Assembly (NCBI GenBank): GCA_965248575.1
Contig: CBDFJQ010000002.1
Coordinates: forward strand, 3,840,001 to 3,904,000
Source: Planctomycetota bacterium
GTDB lineage: Bacteria > Planctomycetota > B15-G4
Reading direction: 5' to 3'
Length of the DNA stretch: 64,000 nucleotides
Shown here in pieces: positions 1 through 9,750 of the stretch. Numbering within the stretch: the first letter of the stretch is position 1; each line of letters begins with the position of its first letter. The notes beneath the pieces were generated by a model that was not told where the DNA came from, made no database searches, and saw only the letters and a list, made by a program, of their open reading frames with translations. The translations under genes and the position numbers were made by a program.

Positions 1-1002
1 GATGGAACGACCATCGTCGGAGCGGACGGATCGATGGAGGTCTTGCTTCCGCGTTCCTCGACTCCCGCTGGCGACTGGGTCTTCGTGGTCCCGGGTCTCG
101 CGCCGGATGTCGAGATCCAGGTTTCGGTGCAGGGTGCTGGGGGTGAAAACGTGGACACGGCCCTGGTGCGGATGCTCCCCGGAGAGCATCGCGTGGTCAG
201 CATGGTGGTGGATCAGCCGCTTCGCAGCCTCTCGGGGCGGGTGACGTCAACAGCTGGTCTCCCGATCCAGGGCGCGCGCGTGTTCATCTGGCCCGAGAAC
301 GGGCAGCCGGGCCGCTACTTCTGGAAGACGACCGACGAGGACGGGCGCTACGAGTTGCCCGAGGTGTTGGCCTCCTTCGTGACCTTGCAGGTGACGTGCG
401 AAGGCTATGCGCAGTACGAGCGGGAGGGTGTCTCGCTCGAGGCTGGCGGCGTGCCTGACGTGTTGTTGCAGCCCGAGACACCCTTCACCCTGCGCATCGT
501 GCACGCGGGTGATGGTCTGCCCGCGTACACCGCAAAGATCAGCACGCGATGGAAGGGTCTCACGGGGGGCAGGGCCGAATGGCTGGGAGAAGGAACGTGG
601 AACATCCCGGGCTTGCCTGATCGTCCCGTGGACATCCATGTCTATTTCCGTGGCACCGACTACGTGCTGACGCGCGAGCCGGGTCAACGAGAGGCCGTGC
701 TGGAAGTCGAGGACACGGCGCAGGTGAGCGTGACGGGCTTGTTTCCCACGTCGAACCAGTCCGTGGGTGAGGTCGTGGCGCGTCGGCTCGGCGATTCGAA
801 TCAACTGGAGATCGAAGGGGTCGGCCAGAACGAGCCAGGGTCCTCCATGGAGCTGTGGGTGATCACCCTGCCTGAAGTGCCTGCCGGTTCGTGGGAGGTG
901 CTCTATCGGTCCGGGATGGATGAAGAGCTGGTGTTCGCCAGAGCGCAGTTCATCACGCTGGGCTCCCAGCCACAGACCGTGACCCTGATCCGGGAACCCT
1001 AG
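1..1002 (+). CDS. Carboxypeptidase-regulatory-like (Ig/transthyretin-like) repeat protein, 5'-truncated by window edge
   Basis: Frame is open from base 1. Contains LSGRVTSTAGLPIQGARV...TTDEDGRYEL...EGYA, the typical CarboxypepD_reg repeat. Confidence 0.75.
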   Translation, partial: DGTTIVGADGSMEVLLPRSSTPAGDWVFVVPGLAPDVEIQVSVQGAGGENVDTALVRMLPGEHRVVSMVVDQPLRSLSGRVTSTAGLPIQGARVFIWPENGQPGRYFWKTTDEDGRYELPEVLASFVTLQVTCEGYAQYEREGVSLEAGGVPDVLLQPETPFTLRIVHAGDGLPAYTAKISTRWKGLTGGRAEWLGEGTWNIPGLPDRPVDIHVYFRGTDYVLTREPGQREAVLEVEDTAQVSVTGLFPTSNQSVGEVVARRLGDSNQLEIEGVGQNEPGSSMELWVITLPEVPAGSWEVLYRSGMDEELVFARAQFITLGSQPQTVTLIREP

Positions 1003-2717
1003 CGCTTGTCTTGCAACTCCTGCAGGGCGTCCCGCGCTGCCTGCGACTCCAACGGCTGGGGCCGGCTGAGCTGTTCATACAGCTGCACGGCTTCGCTCAG
1101 GTGCTCCTCGGCCCGCGCATCACCCAGCGCCGCTCGGGCGCTGCCCAGCAAGAACTGGATCTGCGCGTGGCCGCGGATTCCCAGGGCGATCGGCAGGGCG
1201 CCGAGCTCTTCGGCCCGCTCAAGATGTGGTAGCGCGAGCTGCGCCTGGCCGCTTTCCAAGGCAAGGCGGCCCAGGCTCATGCGCACGATGGCTTCGGCCT
1301 CCGGGTCGTCGCGCAGTTGTTCGTCGATTTGAGTCAGCAAGGCCGGGTTCGTCAAGGCGGCCAGGGCATCGAAGGTCCCGGCGGCGGCGTTGTCGATTAG
1401 CAAGCCCTCCATGAAGTGGGCTGCCAGGCGCGCTTCGCTGTGGGCGCCCCAACCGCGCGAGGCGTGTTGGACCGCTTGTTGTTTGCCGAACCATGTGCCG
1501 ACGAGTCCCGCGGCGAGCAGGATGATCAGGCCTGCTGCGGACCCCACCGCGAGGCGATGATTTCGGGCGAATCGTCTTGCCCGTTCCCAGCGGGTGCCGC
1601 GATGTGCGGACACCCCTTCGCCCCCCAACCAGCAACGCAGGTCGTGGGCCAGGGACTCGGCAGAGCGGTAGCGTCGGGACGCCTCGGGCTGGGTCGCCTT
1701 GTGAATCACGGCGTCGAGGTCGCCCCGCAGCCGGCGCGCCCAGGCGCGACTCTCCGGACCGCCTGCGACGGCGCTTGCGGATGGCAGCGGGTCGTCCACC
1801 CCTGCCAGCACCTCGCTCACGGTGTCGCCGAGTCGGGCGGGGCGCTCTGTCAGCAACTCGAAGAGGATCAGGCCCAGGGCGTGGACATCGGTGGAGACCG
1901 CCCCGCGCTCCTGGCGCAGTTGCTCGGGGCTTGCGTAGCGGGGGGTCAGCGGTGCAGGGGATTGGGTGATGTCGGTCTGCGCCCCACCGTGCGTCGGGTG
2001 CAGCAAGGTGGCGACGCCGAAGTCGAGGAGCTTGGGTGTGCCCTGGGCGCTCACCAGGATGTTCGAGGGCTTGAGGTCGCGGTGCAGCACGAGATTCTGA
2101 TGCGCGAACTGCACGGCTCCGCAGATCTGGAGGAAGAGCTCCAGGCGCGCCCGGAGTCCGAGCGCGTGCGCCGCCTGGAGCAGGCCCCTGCCATCCACGT
2201 GTTCCATCACCAGGCACGGGCGGCCGTCGGGCAGGCTGCCGGCGTCAAGGAAGCCGACGATGTGCTCGTGACGCAAGGCGGCCAGGGTTTCCTGTTCGCG
2301 TTGAAAGCGTGCGAGCAGGGTGTCGGTGTCGAGCCCGCGCTTGAGGATCTTCACCGCCACCGTGTGGCGCGCGCTGCCGGCCTGACGTTCCGCGAGATAG
2401 ACATGACCCATGCCCCCCGAGGAGAGGCGCTCAAGCAGGACGCACCCGCAGACCGTCGTGCCGAGCAACGGGTCGGCTGCCTCGGACGGAGTTGAAGTTG
2501 GGAGCTCGCCTTCCAGGACCGCCACGGCGCTTGTGTCGAGCACGGAGGTTTCCGTGTCTGCCGCATCGAGCAGTCGCTGCACCTGAGTGCCGATGGAGTC
2601 TGCGTCCTGACCCGCTTGCACTCTCGCCAGCGCTGCACGTCGCTGGGCGGGTTCGAGATCGACCGTCTGTTCGAAGAGCTGGCGCACTTCGGCCCAGCGC
2701 TCGTGATAGGCGCTCAT
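999..2717 (-). CDS. Hanks-type Ser/Thr protein kinase with TM helix and short C-terminal TPR-like region
   Basis: GGMGHVY, VAVK, HRDLKPSN, DFG and TPRYASPE motifs; TM segment LAVGSAAGLIILLAAGLVGTW. ATG at 2717 overlaps the sigma stop (ATGA). Confidence 0.93.
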   Translation of the reverse strand: MSAYHERWAEVRQLFEQTVDLEPAQRRAALARVQAGQDADSIGTQVQRLLDAADTETSVLDTSAVAVLEGELPTSTPSEAADPLLGTTVCGCVLLERLSSGGMGHVYLAERQAGSARHTVAVKILKRGLDTDTLLARFQREQETLAALRHEHIVGFLDAGSLPDGRPCLVMEHVDGRGLLQAAHALGLRARLELFLQICGAVQFAHQNLVLHRDLKPSNILVSAQGTPKLLDFGVATLLHPTHGGAQTDITQSPAPLTPRYASPEQLRQERGAVSTDVHALGLILFELLTERPARLGDTVSEVLAGVDDPLPSASAVAGGPESRAWARRLRGDLDAVIHKATQPEASRRYRSAESLAHDLRCWLGGEGVSAHRGTRWERARRFARNHRLAVGSAAGLIILLAAGLVGTWFGKQQAVQHASRGWGAHSEARLAAHFMEGLLIDNAAAGTFDALAALTNPALLTQIDEQLRDDPEAEAIVRMSLGRLALESGQAQLALPHLERAEELGALPIALGIRGHAQIQFLLGSARAALGDARAEEHLSEAVQLYEQLSRPQPLESQAARDALQELQDKR

Positions 2718-3274
2718 GCTGTGGACCCCACGGGGTCGTCGAAGGCCGTGAGCAGGAAGGCTCGGGCGAGTTTCCAACGGCGATTCATGGTGCGCAGGGA
2801 GAGCCCCCGGAGATCGGCGACCTCCTGCAGGCTGTGTCCTCCGAAGAATCGGAGCTCCACCACTTCGGCCAGTTCGGCGTCCAGTTCGGCAAGGTCGCGC
2901 AGGGCGTCGTCCACTTCGAGCACGAAGGCCGAACCGCTGGGCGCCAGCTGGTCCGGGTCGATGCCCGCCTCGTGCCGACGGACATCACGCTTGGCCGTCG
3001 TGCGGCGTCGGGCGTGGTCCGTGAGTACGCGGCGCATGATATGGCTCGCCAAGAGGTGCTCGTCGTGAGGGTCGAGCTGCGCATCGTTCGAGCGCCCTTT
3101 CTTCCAGGCGTCCAGGCGCAGCCAGGCTTCGTGCACGAGGGCTGTGGGTTGCAGGGTGTGGTCTACGCGCTCGACAGCCAGGAAGCGTTCCGCGGTGTCG
3201 CGCAGCCGGGCGTAGACGTCGGCGCGGAGCTCGGCGTCGCGGTGGGGCTGCGGCTGCTGGTGCGTGTCGGGAAT
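2714..3274 (-). CDS. ECF sigma factor, TIGR02999/Sigma70_ECF (kinase-associated) type; start codon non-canonical or uncertain
   Basis: Extending the track ORF upstream in frame gives VYARLRDTAERFLAVERVDHTLQPTALVHEAWLRL; region 4 reads EVVELRFFGGHSLQEVA...RRWKLARAFL. No ATG/GTG/TTG lies upstream of the conserved N-terminus; the first codon after the upstream stop is ATT. Confidence 0.88.
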   Translation of the reverse strand: MPDTHQQPQPHRDAELRADVYARLRDTAERFLAVERVDHTLQPTALVHEAWLRLDAWKKGRSNDAQLDPHDEHLLASHIMRRVLTDHARRRTTAKRDVRRHEAGIDPDQLAPSGSAFVLEVDDALRDLAELDAELAEVVELRFFGGHSLQEVADLRGLSLRTMNRRWKLARAFLLTAFDDPVGSTA

Positions 3275-4756
3275 CTAGGTCGCCCCGCGGTCCTTGAGAA
3301 ATCGAACCATCTCGTCCTTGCCACGAAGCTCGGCGGCCTGCAACAGGCTCAGCCCCGCGCGATCGACCTTGTATCCTACGACGTGTAGGTCGGCGCCCTT
3401 TTCGATCAGAAAGGCGGCCAGGTCGATCTGCCCCCGTTGGGCCGCTTCCCAGAGACCGGTCGACCCCAGGGTGTCCTGGTCTATGGGGGCGCCGTGATCC
3501 AGCAGCAACTGGGCGGCTTCGATGCTGCCCTGCCCGATGGCCGGGTAGAGCATGGGCGCGAAGTCATGGGGCCCGCGCTCATGGATCGCGTTGGGGTGCT
3601 GCTTCAGGATGGTGGCTGCCCGGTCGAGCCTGCCCACGGAGATGGCGGTGCACAAGGACATGGGTGCGCCGTGGTCCAACAGGTAGTTGATGTTGTCGCG
3701 GAAGCCGGTGTGTCCGCAGGCTTCGACGGCGAGTTCGTCCTGGGTCGAGCGGCAGAAGGCTCGCCGAGGGTCTGGGTCCACCAGGCTGCGCAACGTGGAA
3801 TGGTCGAAGTGGGCAGGGCTGGTGACGGCGCCGTGTTCTTCGCGACCGAGGTCCGAAAGGTCCGGCCACTGCACGTCCCCGCCGTCAACGTCCCAAGCGT
3901 AGCGGGTGCTCATGTCGTCGCGCGGCACGCGCTCGGGGTGGCGCAGGAGGTCGGCCACCTCGGCATGCCCATGCGCCTCGGCCATCTGGAGCGGATTTCG
4001 ACCCCGTGCATCCCGCGCGCTGAGGTCTGCGCCCCGGCGCATGAGGTAGCGCACGATGGGCAACTCGCCGCGTCGCGCCGCGGCGTGCAGGAGGGTGTCG
4101 CCCGCGCGCTGGGGAGCGTTGACGTGTGCGCCGTTGCTGAGCAGCTCCACCGAGGAGCACAGGGCGCGCCTGGGCGAGGCGCAGTGCACGGCGCCATAGG
4201 CAGGCGTGACGCCGTTGCGTCCAAGCGGGTTGCCGTCTGCATGGGCGCCCGCCGACTGCAGCTGGTACAGGGAGCCATGGCCGGCAAGGGCGCCCGCGTA
4301 GAGCGCGGTGCCGCCCACCGGGTGCCACGTCTCCAAGCAGGTGGGGTCTGCGGTCCAGAGCGCTTGCGCCTTCTCCCAATCGGGGATCATCACGGCTTCA
4401 ATCAGATCGATGGGTGGCTCGTGCTCCAGCAAGGCGGTGACGACGGCGCCATGCCCGCCACTGGCGGCCAGCACGAGAGCTGAGCGGCCGTCGCTGTGGG
4501 TCGCGGCAGCAAGCTCGGAGTGGGAGCGGAGGGCTTCCCGAACCTCGCCCTCCCGGCCGTGGGCCACCGCGTCCAGGAAGGCGTCCCGCAGGGCAGGTGG
4601 AATCTCGTCCCGCTTCGGATTCGAACCGAGGTTGCCGGCGGCCCCTTGGGCGACCTTGGTTCCGGCCAGGGGTGCGCAGCCCACGAGGGCGGCGGCCCCG
4701 ATGCTGGACCAGGCGGCGGCGCGGGTCAGGAAGTCACGGCGGGTGGCGGGGGGCAT
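3275..4756 (-). CDS. Ankyrin-repeat protein with twin-arginine signal and possible lipobox
   Basis: MPPATRRDFL...ALVGC; ankyrin repeats GRSALVLAASGGH, GDTLLHAAARRGELPIVRYLM, GRNPLQMAEAHGH, GSTGLWEAAQRGQ. Confidence 0.88.
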   Translation of the reverse strand: MPPATRRDFLTRAAAWSSIGAAALVGCAPLAGTKVAQGAAGNLGSNPKRDEIPPALRDAFLDAVAHGREGEVREALRSHSELAAATHSDGRSALVLAASGGHGAVVTALLEHEPPIDLIEAVMIPDWEKAQALWTADPTCLETWHPVGGTALYAGALAGHGSLYQLQSAGAHADGNPLGRNGVTPAYGAVHCASPRRALCSSVELLSNGAHVNAPQRAGDTLLHAAARRGELPIVRYLMRRGADLSARDARGRNPLQMAEAHGHAEVADLLRHPERVPRDDMSTRYAWDVDGGDVQWPDLSDLGREEHGAVTSPAHFDHSTLRSLVDPDPRRAFCRSTQDELAVEACGHTGFRDNINYLLDHGAPMSLCTAISVGRLDRAATILKQHPNAIHERGPHDFAPMLYPAIGQGSIEAAQLLLDHGAPIDQDTLGSTGLWEAAQRGQIDLAAFLIEKGADLHVVGYKVDRAGLSLLQAAELRGKDEMVRFLKDRGAT

Positions 4757-4874
4757 GGGCAGCTCCAGAGGGTGTCTGTCCCTGTAAGCGCGAGCGGCGC
4801 GCGATTCGTGCCACGGGAATTCCGGCCGCCCTCGAGAGCCCAGCTGACCTCTGGTCACTTGGGCTGGCTGTGTC

Positions 4875-6944
4875 ATGATTGCAGGGATGATCACAACACT
4901 TCTCTCCGCAGTCCTGATTCCCTCCCTTCTCTCTCCCGCTGCTGCCCTGACGTCTGATTCGGTGCTTGCTCCACCGTCCCAGCCGGCCGCCGTGCCTGTA
5001 GCGAAGCCGGCTCTCCCGGCTCCCGAAGGGTCCCTCGCCCATGACCCGAGCAACCCCTACCGGCTCGTCATCGTGGATGTCCCGGCCTTCGCCATGGGGG
5101 CCCTCGCCGGCCTCGACGTCGACGTGGTGGGGCCGACCCCCGACGGCCAAGGTGTCGAGGTCGTCGCCCAGAACCGCGAGCTCGCCATCCTGGCGGAGAG
5201 CGGCTTCAGCTACTCCGTGAACATTCCGGACCTCGAGACCCACTACGCGTCCCGCATGCAAGACGTGGAGCAGGTCTTCAGCAGCGTCGGCGGATCCATC
5301 ACGCCCGCCTTCGGGCAGGGCAGCATGGGCGGCTACCACAACTTCACGGAGGTCGTGTCCATCCTCGACCAATTGTCCGCCCAGTATCCGCAGATCATGG
5401 GCGCCAAGGTCAGCCTCGGCCAGTCCATCGAGGGCCGGGACGTGTGGGCCGTCAAGATCAGCGACAACCCTGGGGTGGATGAGAACGAAGCCGAAGTGCG
5501 CTTCGATTCGCTGCATCACGCGCGCGAGCCCATGAGCATGGAGTCGTCGCTGTACTACATGATCTGGCTGCTGGAGAACTACGGCACCGACCCCCTGGCG
5601 ACCTTCCTTGTGAATGAGCGCGAGACGTGGTTCGTGCCGGTCGTGAACCCCGACGGCTACGTCTACAACGAGACCACCAACCCGAACGGCGGTGGCATGT
5701 GGCGCAAGAACCGGCGCAACAACCCCGGCAGCAGTTTCGGTGTCGACCTGAACCGCAACTACCCCTTCCGTTGGGGCTTCGACGACTCGGGTTCCAGCCC
5801 CAGCGCGTCGTCTTCGACCTATCGCGGGACTGCACCGGCCAGCGAACCGGAAGTCCAAGCCATGGTGGCCTTCTTCGCGAGCCGCAACTTCCGCACGGCC
5901 CTGTCCTCGCACAGCTACTCCAACCTGTGGCTGGCGCCCTGGGGCTACGACAACATCTTCCCGCCGGACCACGCCGACCTGCAGGAGGTCGGCGCCTTGG
6001 CCACGGCCTCTTCGGGGTTCCCCTTCGGCCCGGCCTTCGTGCTGCTCTATCCGGCCAACGGTGTGACCGTCGATGAGGACTATGGCCCCAACGACACCTT
6101 CTCTTGGACACCGGAGATCGGCAGCTCGTCCCAGGGCTTCTGGCCGCCTGTCAGCAACATCGTCCCGCTCGCGGACAGCGTGCTGGAAGGCTTCCAGACC
6201 ACGGCCCTGAGCGCTGGCGACTACCTGCGGCACCGGGGATCGACGCTGACCGACCTTGGAGATGGCGACGGGAAGTTCGAGCCCGGTGAGACCGTGGGCG
6301 TGTCGGTGAACGTGCGCAACAGCGGGCGTGGCGCAGGGGTTGCGGGCGTGACCTTGGGCTCCACCCACGCGGACTTGAACGTCACCAGCGGCAATGAAGC
6401 TCTCGGTTCCATTGCAGGCTTCACGTCGGCGGACAACGCTGCGGCTCCGCTGCTCATGACCATCGATGCGGGCGCGACGCCGGGAAGCACCCTGTCCTTT
6501 GATTCGAGCCTCGTCTGGGACGGCCCCACGGACACGGTGGGCGGCTCGCTCATGGTGAGTGCCCCCGACGCCAACGAATGGACGAATCTCGGTGGAGGAA
6601 GCATCGGCATCAACGGCGTTCCGTCCCTGACGGGCATGGGCACGTTGGTGATGGGCACCAGCTTCCAGCTGGACGGCGTCAACTTGCCGTCGAACACGCC
6701 GATGCTGGCGTGGTTGTCCTTCAGCAGCATGCCCCTCAATGTGTTGGGGGGCACCCTGCACGCCAACCCCATGAACCTGCAGTTCTTCCGTCTCAGTGAC
6801 GGGGGCGGCGCGTTCACGGAGGGTGGCACGTGGCCGGGTGGTCTGCCCATGGGCACCGACCTCTACCTGCAGCTGTTGGTGCAGGACCTGTCGGTTCCCG
6901 CAGACATCACGCTGTCCAACGGCGTGATGACCACCACGCCCTAG
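4875..6944 (+). CDS. Secreted M14 zinc carboxypeptidase (carboxypeptidase T-like) with Ig-like domain and shared C-terminal domain
   Basis: Signal peptide; HARE zinc motif, WRKNRR, GVDLNRN, SHSYS, catalytic Glu in WTPEIG. Confidence 0.92.
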   Translation: MIAGMITTLLSAVLIPSLLSPAAALTSDSVLAPPSQPAAVPVAKPALPAPEGSLAHDPSNPYRLVIVDVPAFAMGALAGLDVDVVGPTPDGQGVEVVAQNRELAILAESGFSYSVNIPDLETHYASRMQDVEQVFSSVGGSITPAFGQGSMGGYHNFTEVVSILDQLSAQYPQIMGAKVSLGQSIEGRDVWAVKISDNPGVDENEAEVRFDSLHHAREPMSMESSLYYMIWLLENYGTDPLATFLVNERETWFVPVVNPDGYVYNETTNPNGGGMWRKNRRNNPGSSFGVDLNRNYPFRWGFDDSGSSPSASSSTYRGTAPASEPEVQAMVAFFASRNFRTALSSHSYSNLWLAPWGYDNIFPPDHADLQEVGALATASSGFPFGPAFVLLYPANGVTVDEDYGPNDTFSWTPEIGSSSQGFWPPVSNIVPLADSVLEGFQTTALSAGDYLRHRGSTLTDLGDGDGKFEPGETVGVSVNVRNSGRGAGVAGVTLGSTHADLNVTSGNEALGSIAGFTSADNAAAPLLMTIDAGATPGSTLSFDSSLVWDGPTDTVGGSLMVSAPDANEWTNLGGGSIGINGVPSLTGMGTLVMGTSFQLDGVNLPSNTPMLAWLSFSSMPLNVLGGTLHANPMNLQFFRLSDGGGAFTEGGTWPGGLPMGTDLYLQLLVQDLSVPADITLSNGVMTTTP

Positions 6945-7071
6945 GCTTCGTCGCGGACGCTCGCGCGCATCGCTCCCGCTTCCGTCACCGAATATGACGA
7001 AGCGGGGGCGATGTGCGTTCAGGGGCCGTCACGGAGTCGTGCCTGGGCATGATGTGCCCGGAGGTGTGCTT

Positions 7072-8376
7072 TTGATCCCATCGTTGACCCGACTGCCTGT
7101 CCCGTTCCGCGCCGCTGCGTTCGCTGCTTGGGTGGCAGCGTTCGTCGGTGGCTCCCTGGCCTGGGGTGTCAGCGCACAAGACGTGAGGCCGGACCCCGCT
7201 GCGCCGGGGGTCGACACGGCCCTCAACGTGCTGAAAGGTTCGCCTGCCTCGCGGGGCAGCGCCCAAGACGAGGCGCCGTCCTCCAAGGCGCTGGTGGGCT
7301 TCAAGGTCCGTTGCCAGGAGCTGGTGAACGGTCTGGTGTCGGCCGGGCTGCCTGGGGCATCCGCGGCCGTGGTGCTGTCCGACGGCTCCCTGCACACTTT
7401 TGTGGCGGGCAAGACGAGCGGCGAGGGTGGTCGGGATCTCACCCCGGTCGACCGCATGCTCGTGGGCAGCACCGGCAAGACCTTCGTGACTGCGGTAGCG
7501 CACCGGCTCATGGAGCAAGGCGTGTTGAGCCTCGACACCACGACCGCGGAGCTCTTTGGCGAGCAGGCCCCTGAATGGCTGGAGCGCTTGCCCCACGCCC
7601 GGGACTTCACTCTCGGCAACCTCCTACGCCATCAGACCGGCCTGGAGCGCTATGTGTTCGAGCAGGCGTTCACCCAGACCCTGTCCAGCGAGGTGGATCG
7701 GGTCTGGCGGCCCGAGGAACTGCTCGCCTTCGTCTTCGACCGGCCGCCGCTCTTTGCGCCCGGGGAGGGCTGGGCTTACTCGGACACCAACTACATCGTC
7801 GTGGGCATGATGATCGAGCGCGTCACGGGGCGGCGCTTCTACGAGCTGGCGCAGGAGATGTTCGTGGTGCCCCTCGGCTTGAAGGACACGCTGCCCACCG
7901 ACTCCGCGCGCGTGCCGGGCCTGGTCCAGGGCCAGGTGATCAATGGTCGAGGCATGGGGATCGGGACGCAGTTGCTCGACGAGCAGGGCAAGGCCACCTA
8001 CAACCTGCAATTCGAGTGGTGTGGTGGTGGGTGGGCAAGCACGCCGGGGGACCTCGCCCGCTGGGCGGGGGCACTCTACGGCGGCACCGCGCTCAAGAGC
8101 TCTTCGCTCCGAACGCTCTTGGACACGGTGGAAGCACCCGGCCTGTGGCCCGGCACACGCTACGGTCTCGGTGTCATGCTGCGGGAAACGGACGCGGGGC
8201 CCATGCGTTTCCACGACGGCTTCATGCCCGGGCACCTCACGACCTTGGCGCACTTTCCGCGTTCGGGTGTGTCGGCAGCCCTGCAGGTGAACACCGATGA
8301 CGCGCGAGCGATCGGGCGGCAGCGCTTCGAGGTGCTCGTGGAGCTGGCGGGCCTGGCAGAGTCCCTGGCGAACTAA
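7072..8376 (+). CDS. Serine hydrolase, beta-lactamase/AmpC-like family, exported
   Basis: SxxK in GSTGKTF, LLRHQTG, WAYSDTNY, HDG. Start placed at TTG 7072 behind GGAGG (the track starts at 6994). Confidence 0.85.
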   Translation: MIPSLTRLPVPFRAAAFAAWVAAFVGGSLAWGVSAQDVRPDPAAPGVDTALNVLKGSPASRGSAQDEAPSSKALVGFKVRCQELVNGLVSAGLPGASAAVVLSDGSLHTFVAGKTSGEGGRDLTPVDRMLVGSTGKTFVTAVAHRLMEQGVLSLDTTTAELFGEQAPEWLERLPHARDFTLGNLLRHQTGLERYVFEQAFTQTLSSEVDRVWRPEELLAFVFDRPPLFAPGEGWAYSDTNYIVVGMMIERVTGRRFYELAQEMFVVPLGLKDTLPTDSARVPGLVQGQVINGRGMGIGTQLLDEQGKATYNLQFEWCGGGWASTPGDLARWAGALYGGTALKSSSLRTLLDTVEAPGLWPGTRYGLGVMLRETDAGPMRFHDGFMPGHLTTLAHFPRSGVSAALQVNTDDARAIGRQRFEVLVELAGLAESLAN

Positions 8377-8403
8377 CGGCGCGCAGACGGCTGCTTGCTG
8401 CCC

Positions 8404-9750
8404 TCAGGGCCAGGCGCGGCGGAACTTGCTGAACACGAAGGGGTAGTGGGGCTGGAACCAGTTCCGGAAGCTCCTGCGGAGCAGCGCCCTTCCGGTGGCC
8501 CAGGACCCGCCGAAGACCACGGTGTGCAGGTCGTCAAAGAAGTCCGCTGAGTAGCCGGGATAGCCGGGCACCCAGGCCTCGAAGCCGGGCAGCGGGCGGA
8601 AGGGGGTGCAGGTGAGCTCCCAGCCGTTGCCCACCAGTTCGTGCACGCCCCAGGCGCTGGCGCCCGCAGGGTGGGAACCCACCGGAGCCGGTTCCCAGAG
8701 CAGGAAGTCGAAGGCGCCGTATTCGGGACCGGGCGGTGCGTCGCCCCAAGGATGGAGGCGGCGTGTGTTCTCGGGCGTCTCGTAGGCGGCGCGGTTGAGT
8801 TCAGCTTCCGTGGGCAGGCGCGCGCCCGACCAGGCACAGTAGGCGGCGGCTTCGGCCTGGCTCACCTGCACCGGGCGGCTGGCGACTTCGTGGAAGGGTC
8901 GGGAATCGAAGGGGCCGCGCACCAACCAATGGCCGTCGTGGCGAGCCCAGTTGTGGGGGTGCTCCAGTTGTTGTTCGAGACGCCAGGCCCAAGCGGCTTC
9001 CGACCAGTGCTCCTGCTGCGCATACCCACCAGCCTCGACGAAGGCGAGGTAGTCATCGTTGCTGACCGGCAGCGCATCGATGGCGAAGGCCGGCACGTCC
9101 ACCTCTTGAGCGGGAAACTCGTTGTCCCAGCCGAAGGGAATCTCGTCGAAGGGGACGCCGAGGGTCGTGGTCCCTGCAGGGATGGCGATGCGAGCCTGGG
9201 GGATCGCCCCCGCAGCCGCATGCCGGCCAGCCAGCGAGGCAGCGGGTGCGTCCTTCAGGGACTCGTCGAGCTGCGCCACCATGTAGAGCAGAGTCTCGTG
9301 GTGCATGACCTCGTGTTCGAGCAGCACGTGATAGATGCGACGACCCTGGGCAACGCGCTCTCCGGCGTCCCGCTCGGCCAGGGCGTCCACGAGCGGGGCC
9401 GCAACCAGCACCCGATGACGGATCTCGTCGCGGTACGCCAGGATGTCCGCCATGTCCGGCCAGTCGGGCTCCTCGGGCACATCGCCTTCGTCGAGGGGGT
9501 CGATGCCAAACTCGAAGAGGGCGTCGAAGCCCGGGTTGAAGCTGGGCTCCTTCAGCAGGCCGCGGTTCAGCTGGTTCCAGGCGAAGGCCGGAAGATGCCC
9601 CACATAGAAGATGAGCGGTTGGCGCAGGGCGATGGGGCGCTGCAACCAAGCACCTTCCTCAAGCAAGGCAAAGAGCGCGTCGCTACGTCGCCAGGCAGCT
9701 TGCAGCTGATCCAGTACATCCGGCGAGCGGAGCGTGGCCGCTTCAGGCAT
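8404..9750 (-). CDS. egtB: Ergothioneine sulfoxide synthase (DinB-like + FGE-sulfatase domains)
   Basis: FYVGH and HEVMHHE iron ligands, GWDNE, RLPTEAE, GNGWE, YPGYSADFFD, FRNWFQ. Its start overlaps the egtD stop. Confidence 0.85.
   Translation of the reverse strand: MPEAATLRSPDVLDQLQAAWRRSDALFALLEEGAWLQRPIALRQPLIFYVGHLPAFAWNQLNRGLLKEPSFNPGFDALFEFGIDPLDEGDVPEEPDWPDMADILAYRDEIRHRVLVAAPLVDALAERDAGERVAQGRRIYHVLLEHEVMHHETLLYMVAQLDESLKDAPAASLAGRHAAAGAIPQARIAIPAGTTTLGVPFDEIPFGWDNEFPAQEVDVPAFAIDALPVSNDDYLAFVEAGGYAQQEHWSEAAWAWRLEQQLEHPHNWARHDGHWLVRGPFDSRPFHEVASRPVQVSQAEAAAYCAWSGARLPTEAELNRAAYETPENTRRLHPWGDAPPGPEYGAFDFLLWEPAPVGSHPAGASAWGVHELVGNGWELTCTPFRPLPGFEAWVPGYPGYSADFFDDLHTVVFGGSWATGRALLRRSFRNWFQPHYPFVFSKFRRAWP

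Noticed and set aside
999..1002. Convergent stops sharing CTAG (also 32490-32493)
   Set aside because: Common compact-genome arrangement; no evidence of an insertion target.
4734..6761. 675-aa antisense ORF, and similar long shadows such as 33147-34943 and 1416-2495
   Set aside because: They overlap well-supported genes on the other strand and have no motifs; such ORFs are expected in high-GC DNA.
6579..6944. Shared C-terminal domain as T9SS CTD, PEP-CTERM, dockerin or autotransporter
   Set aside because: No terminal KxxK-type motif, no PEP-TM-basic tail, no paired Ca-binding DxNxDG loops, and too short with no terminal aromatic for a barrel.
7072..8376. Antibiotic-resistance beta-lactamase (also the MBL at 60264)
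   Set aside because: Only fold-level motifs shared by many peptidases, esterases and hydrolases; no mobile context.
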